A stretch of DNA of 24,000 nt from an uncultured bacterium (GTDB lineage: Bacteria > Patescibacteriota > Patescibacteriia > Patescibacteriales > SZUA-104): contig CAJVWV010000011.1 in NCBI GenBank assembly GCA_913009695.1, forward strand, positions 1-24,000, given 5' to 3'. This document shows positions 21,687 through 24,000 of the stretch, piece by piece. The first letter of the stretch is position 1; each line of letters begins with the position of its first letter. The notes beneath the pieces are model-generated. The model did no database searches, had not been told where the DNA came from, and was given only the letters and a program-made list of their open reading frames with translations. The position numbers and the translations under genes were made by a program.

Positions 21687-23099
21687 TTATTTTAATTTAT
21701 TTATTTCTTTTTTAAACATACATCCTCTTTCTTTATAATTCTTAAACATTCCAAAACTTGCGCAGGCGGGTGAAAGTAAAACTATGTCGCCGGAAATGGC
21801 TTCTCTTTTCGCGATTCTAACCGCTTCCTTCATATTGTACACCAGTTTTATATTTTTTCCAAAAAACCCCGCTTTTTTTATTTCTTTTTTAAGCCTCGGT
21901 GTCGCTTTTCCGTTTAATAATATAACAAACACGGCTTTCTTTTTTATTACTTTAGCTAATTTTTTAAAATCAGATTTCTTTTCCGCTCCGCCCGCTATTA
22001 AAATTATCGGCGCGTTAAAAGAATTTAACGCAATCATAGTAGATTCCGGCGTTGTCGCGAAAGTATCATTGTAATATTTAACGCCTTGAATTGTTTTTAT
22101 AGGTTCTAATCTATGTTCTAATCCTTTAAAATTTTTAACTGCTTTTTCTATTGCGCTTTTTTTAACTCCTACTATTTTCGCTACTTCAACCGCCGCCGCG
22201 ATATTCTCTTTATTATGTTCACCGACTAATTTTGACGGCAATTTAGATTTATTAAATAAAATAACTTTACTCTTTGAATTAATTTTTTTGTTCACCACGG
22301 CATAATCACCACGCTTCTGATATTTCACAATATTCATCTTTGCGTTTTTGTATTCCTTCAATGACCGATGGTAATTCGGGTTATTAGGATCAGCCGCGAA
22401 TAAATGCTCTTTATAGAAATTTGTTATGACCGCGATTTTAGGGCTCGTTTCCATGTCTTCCAGTTGAAAACTGGATAACTCTAAAACAACCCAATCATTC
22501 TTTTTAATCTTACTAATAAATTCAAAAGGCGCTACCCCGATATTTCCACCAAGCCATACGCGCTTACCAGATTTTTTTATAATATTATAGATTAAACTTG
22601 CGGTCGTTCCTTTTCCTTTTGTTCCTGTGACGCCAATAATATTTTTAGAGGGACTAAGGTCAAAAAATAATTTCATTGGACTGGAAATAATAGCCCCCCC
22701 TTTAGTAAAGGGGGCTGAGGGGGATTTAATTTTACGAAGTGCAGAAGAGAACAATGGATATCCGGGCGACCTAAAAATAATATCATATTTCTCTAAATTT
22801 TTATCATAATTTTTTCCCAGCTTCCATTCAATTATTTTGTCATTGCGAGGAGGAACGAAGCGACGACGTGGCAATCCCGTTTGTTGCAACACCAGAGATT
22901 GCTTCGCTGCGCTCGCAATGACAGAGTATCTCTCCCCTAATTCCTTTTTGCTTCTTTTGTCGCAAATTGTAATTTCACAATCTACCTTTTTAGATAGCAA
23001 AAACTTAACTAAGGCACAATTCTCAATACCCAAACCTAAAATACAAATTTTTTTATTTTGTAAATCCTTTAAACTTGGCATAAATTCTAAAATTACCAT
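21687..23099 (-). CDS. murD: UDP-N-acetylmuramoylalanine--D-glutamate ligase
   Basis: N-terminal Rossmann motif ICILGLGIENCALVKFLL, P-loop GVTGTKGKGTT, and Mur ligase central and C-terminal domains. The start overlaps the upstream stop (TAATG). The gene contains two in-frame repeat elements. Confidence 0.92.
   Translation of the reverse strand: MVILEFMPSLKDLQNKKICILGLGIENCALVKFLLSKKVDCEITICDKRSKKELGERYSVIASAAKQSLVLQQTGLPRRRFVPPRNDKIIEWKLGKNYDKNLEKYDIIFRSPGYPLFSSALRKIKSPSAPFTKGGAIISSPMKLFFDLSPSKNIIGVTGTKGKGTTASLIYNIIKKSGKRVWLGGNIGVAPFEFISKIKKNDWVVLELSSFQLEDMETSPKIAVITNFYKEHLFAADPNNPNYHRSLKEYKNAKMNIVKYQKRGDYAVVNKKINSKSKVILFNKSKLPSKLVGEHNKENIAAAVEVAKIVGVKKSAIEKAVKNFKGLEHRLEPIKTIQGVKYYNDTFATTPESTMIALNSFNAPIILIAGGAEKKSDFKKLAKVIKKKAVFVILLNGKATPRLKKEIKKAGFFGKNIKLVYNMKEAVRIAKREAISGDIVLLSPACASFGMFKNYKERGCMFKKEINKLK
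22691..22727. repeat. Family A palindromic element in frame in murD
   Basis: AGCCCCCCCTTTAGTAAAGGGGGCT hairpin. Its reverse complement is about 85% identical to intergenic 6517-6545. It encodes SPSAPFTKGG. Confidence 0.7.
22839..22922. repeat. 84-nt (28-codon) double-hairpin palindromic element in frame in murD
   Basis: 11-nt perfect termini GTCATTGCGAG / CTCGCAATGAC. Both arms are hairpins closed by ATTGC/GCAAT, and the centre contains GTTGCAAC. It is translated as VIASAAKQSLVLQQTGLPRRRFVPPRND. Confidence 0.85.
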
Positions 23100-23992
23100 T
23101 ATTTATCAACTTGATAATCAATCAGATTATTATAATAGCTGTAATTAATATGTTTCACTAGCTCACTAACATATTTGACTGGCCCTACACCCTCACAAAA
23201 AACAATTTCATTTTTAGAGCCAGAACTTCCTCTTAAATCATATATATAAGATGAAAAACAGTTTGTGAGTTTTTTATTAATATTATAATCATCTACCTTC
23301 TTTCGCTTCCACACTAAAGCCTCAGAACCATATTCAGACTCCCAATGTTCATTCCCCAATTTATTAAGATCAATTATAATTCCCTCTTTCAAGGGAAAAC
23401 TATCAATATAACCTGGATACGCAGGAGATAAATATTTTGCCGAGACATCAGATATTTCTAAAACTGCGGTTGTATTAAAAATAAGCTCCTCGTTTTTTGG
23501 TAACGGTAAATTTCGTATAACTTTTCCTGACTCCTCATCAACCTCTTTTAAGTCTACAATCCTTGACACTCTATTCAGCTCCACATACTCCACCCCCTCT
23601 TCTTCATAAATTTTATCAACCTTGACCGTTAATTCAGATATTTCTTTAACTAAAATAGCTTCACCCAGAAAATTATCATATTCATAAGTTAAGCTTTCAT
23701 AAACCCATTTATTACCCACTGCTAAAGGATAGTATTGATAAAGATTATCGTTAACGCGTAATTTGAATTTAGCAGTCGGTCCAGGTTTATGCAATAACAT
23801 AGATATAGATGATTCTTCATCCAAACTATCGGGAATTTCTAATATTAAAGCTGAATTAGTTCCTGCAATGGTTGATTTATTTATAGTAGCAACATCTATA
23901 ATATTATCACGACAGACTTTAATAAAAAACAAAACAACCAAAATTAATACTACTATTAATATCTTTAATCTATTTTTCTTTAACCAATTCAT
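23099..23992 (-). CDS. Hypothetical membrane-anchored / secreted protein (297 aa)
   Basis: N-terminal basic stretch plus one hydrophobic helix (ILIVVLILVVLFFI), then a beta-rich-looking soluble part (YPLAVGNKWVY). Its stop overlaps the murD start by 1 nt. Confidence 0.7.
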   Translation of the reverse strand: MNWLKKNRLKILIVVLILVVLFFIKVCRDNIIDVATINKSTIAGTNSALILEIPDSLDEESSISMLLHKPGPTAKFKLRVNDNLYQYYPLAVGNKWVYESLTYEYDNFLGEAILVKEISELTVKVDKIYEEEGVEYVELNRVSRIVDLKEVDEESGKVIRNLPLPKNEELIFNTTAVLEISDVSAKYLSPAYPGYIDSFPLKEGIIIDLNKLGNEHWESEYGSEALVWKRKKVDDYNINKKLTNCFSSYIYDLRGSSGSKNEIVFCEGVGPVKYVSELVKHINYSYYNNLIDYQVDK

Positions 23993-24000
23993 ATATTTAA

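Noticed and set aside
22837-23148. ORF 22837..23148(+), 103 aa (SLRGGTKRRRGNP..)
   Set aside because: It is antisense to murD and opened by the 84-nt palindromic element, which lacks stops on both strands.
1-24000. Alternative genetic code (UGA recoding as in some CPR lineages)
   Set aside because: All conserved genes are full-length under the standard bacterial code, with TGA, TAA and TAG all used as stops (purN ends in TGA). There are no in-frame TGA interruptions.
1-24000. Autonomous mobile elements, prophage, or defence or toxin-antitoxin cassettes
   Set aside because: No ORF resembles a transposase, integrase, recombinase, Cas protein, restriction enzyme or known toxin/antitoxin fold as far as I can recognise. 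The repeats are therefore called non-autonomous.

Overview
This is a low-GC, gene-dense bacterial contig end, probably metagenome-assembled. Gene content and style suggest a Patescibacteria/CPR-like organism, but that is inference only. Positions 1-156 are not genomic: a complete 58-nt Illumina TruSeq/P5 adapter (99-156) sits behind poly-T junk, and real sequence starts at 157. Plus strand, in order: a 5'-truncated ORF, a purN-purL-purM cluster (purL is the large single-chain type), a SAM methyltransferase, and a tRNA-Arg/Met/Lys cluster. Minus strand: hup, ymdB, rny, a clpP operon carrying two orphan small ORFs, an nrnA-like DHH phosphoesterase, and tRNA-Leu. Plus strand again: a DUF4870-like membrane protein, ppsA and a small membrane protein. 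Then a minus-strand wHTH protein, plus-strand lgt and rpsT, and a tight minus-strand operon (hypothetical, murD, MFS, holA). I see no CRISPR array, transposase, integrase, or recognisable defence or toxin cassette, so I cannot name a discrete novel multi-gene system. The most unusual signal is several families of GC-rich nested-hairpin palindromic elements (about 30-140 nt). They are scattered through AT-rich intergenic DNA. They also sit in frame inside intact housekeeping genes: murD twice, lgt, the MFS C-terminal tail, and the N-terminal half of the wHTH protein. This resembles Rickettsia palindromic elements. Secondary observations: long paralogous hairpins filling the tRNA spacers, an iteron-like AAAGTY array between rny and ymdB, a helix sequestering the nrnA start codon, a candidate leaderless promoter, and a purine-synthesis cluster that is unexpected if the organism is CPR. 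All coordinates were hand-indexed. No database search or folding calculation was possible.
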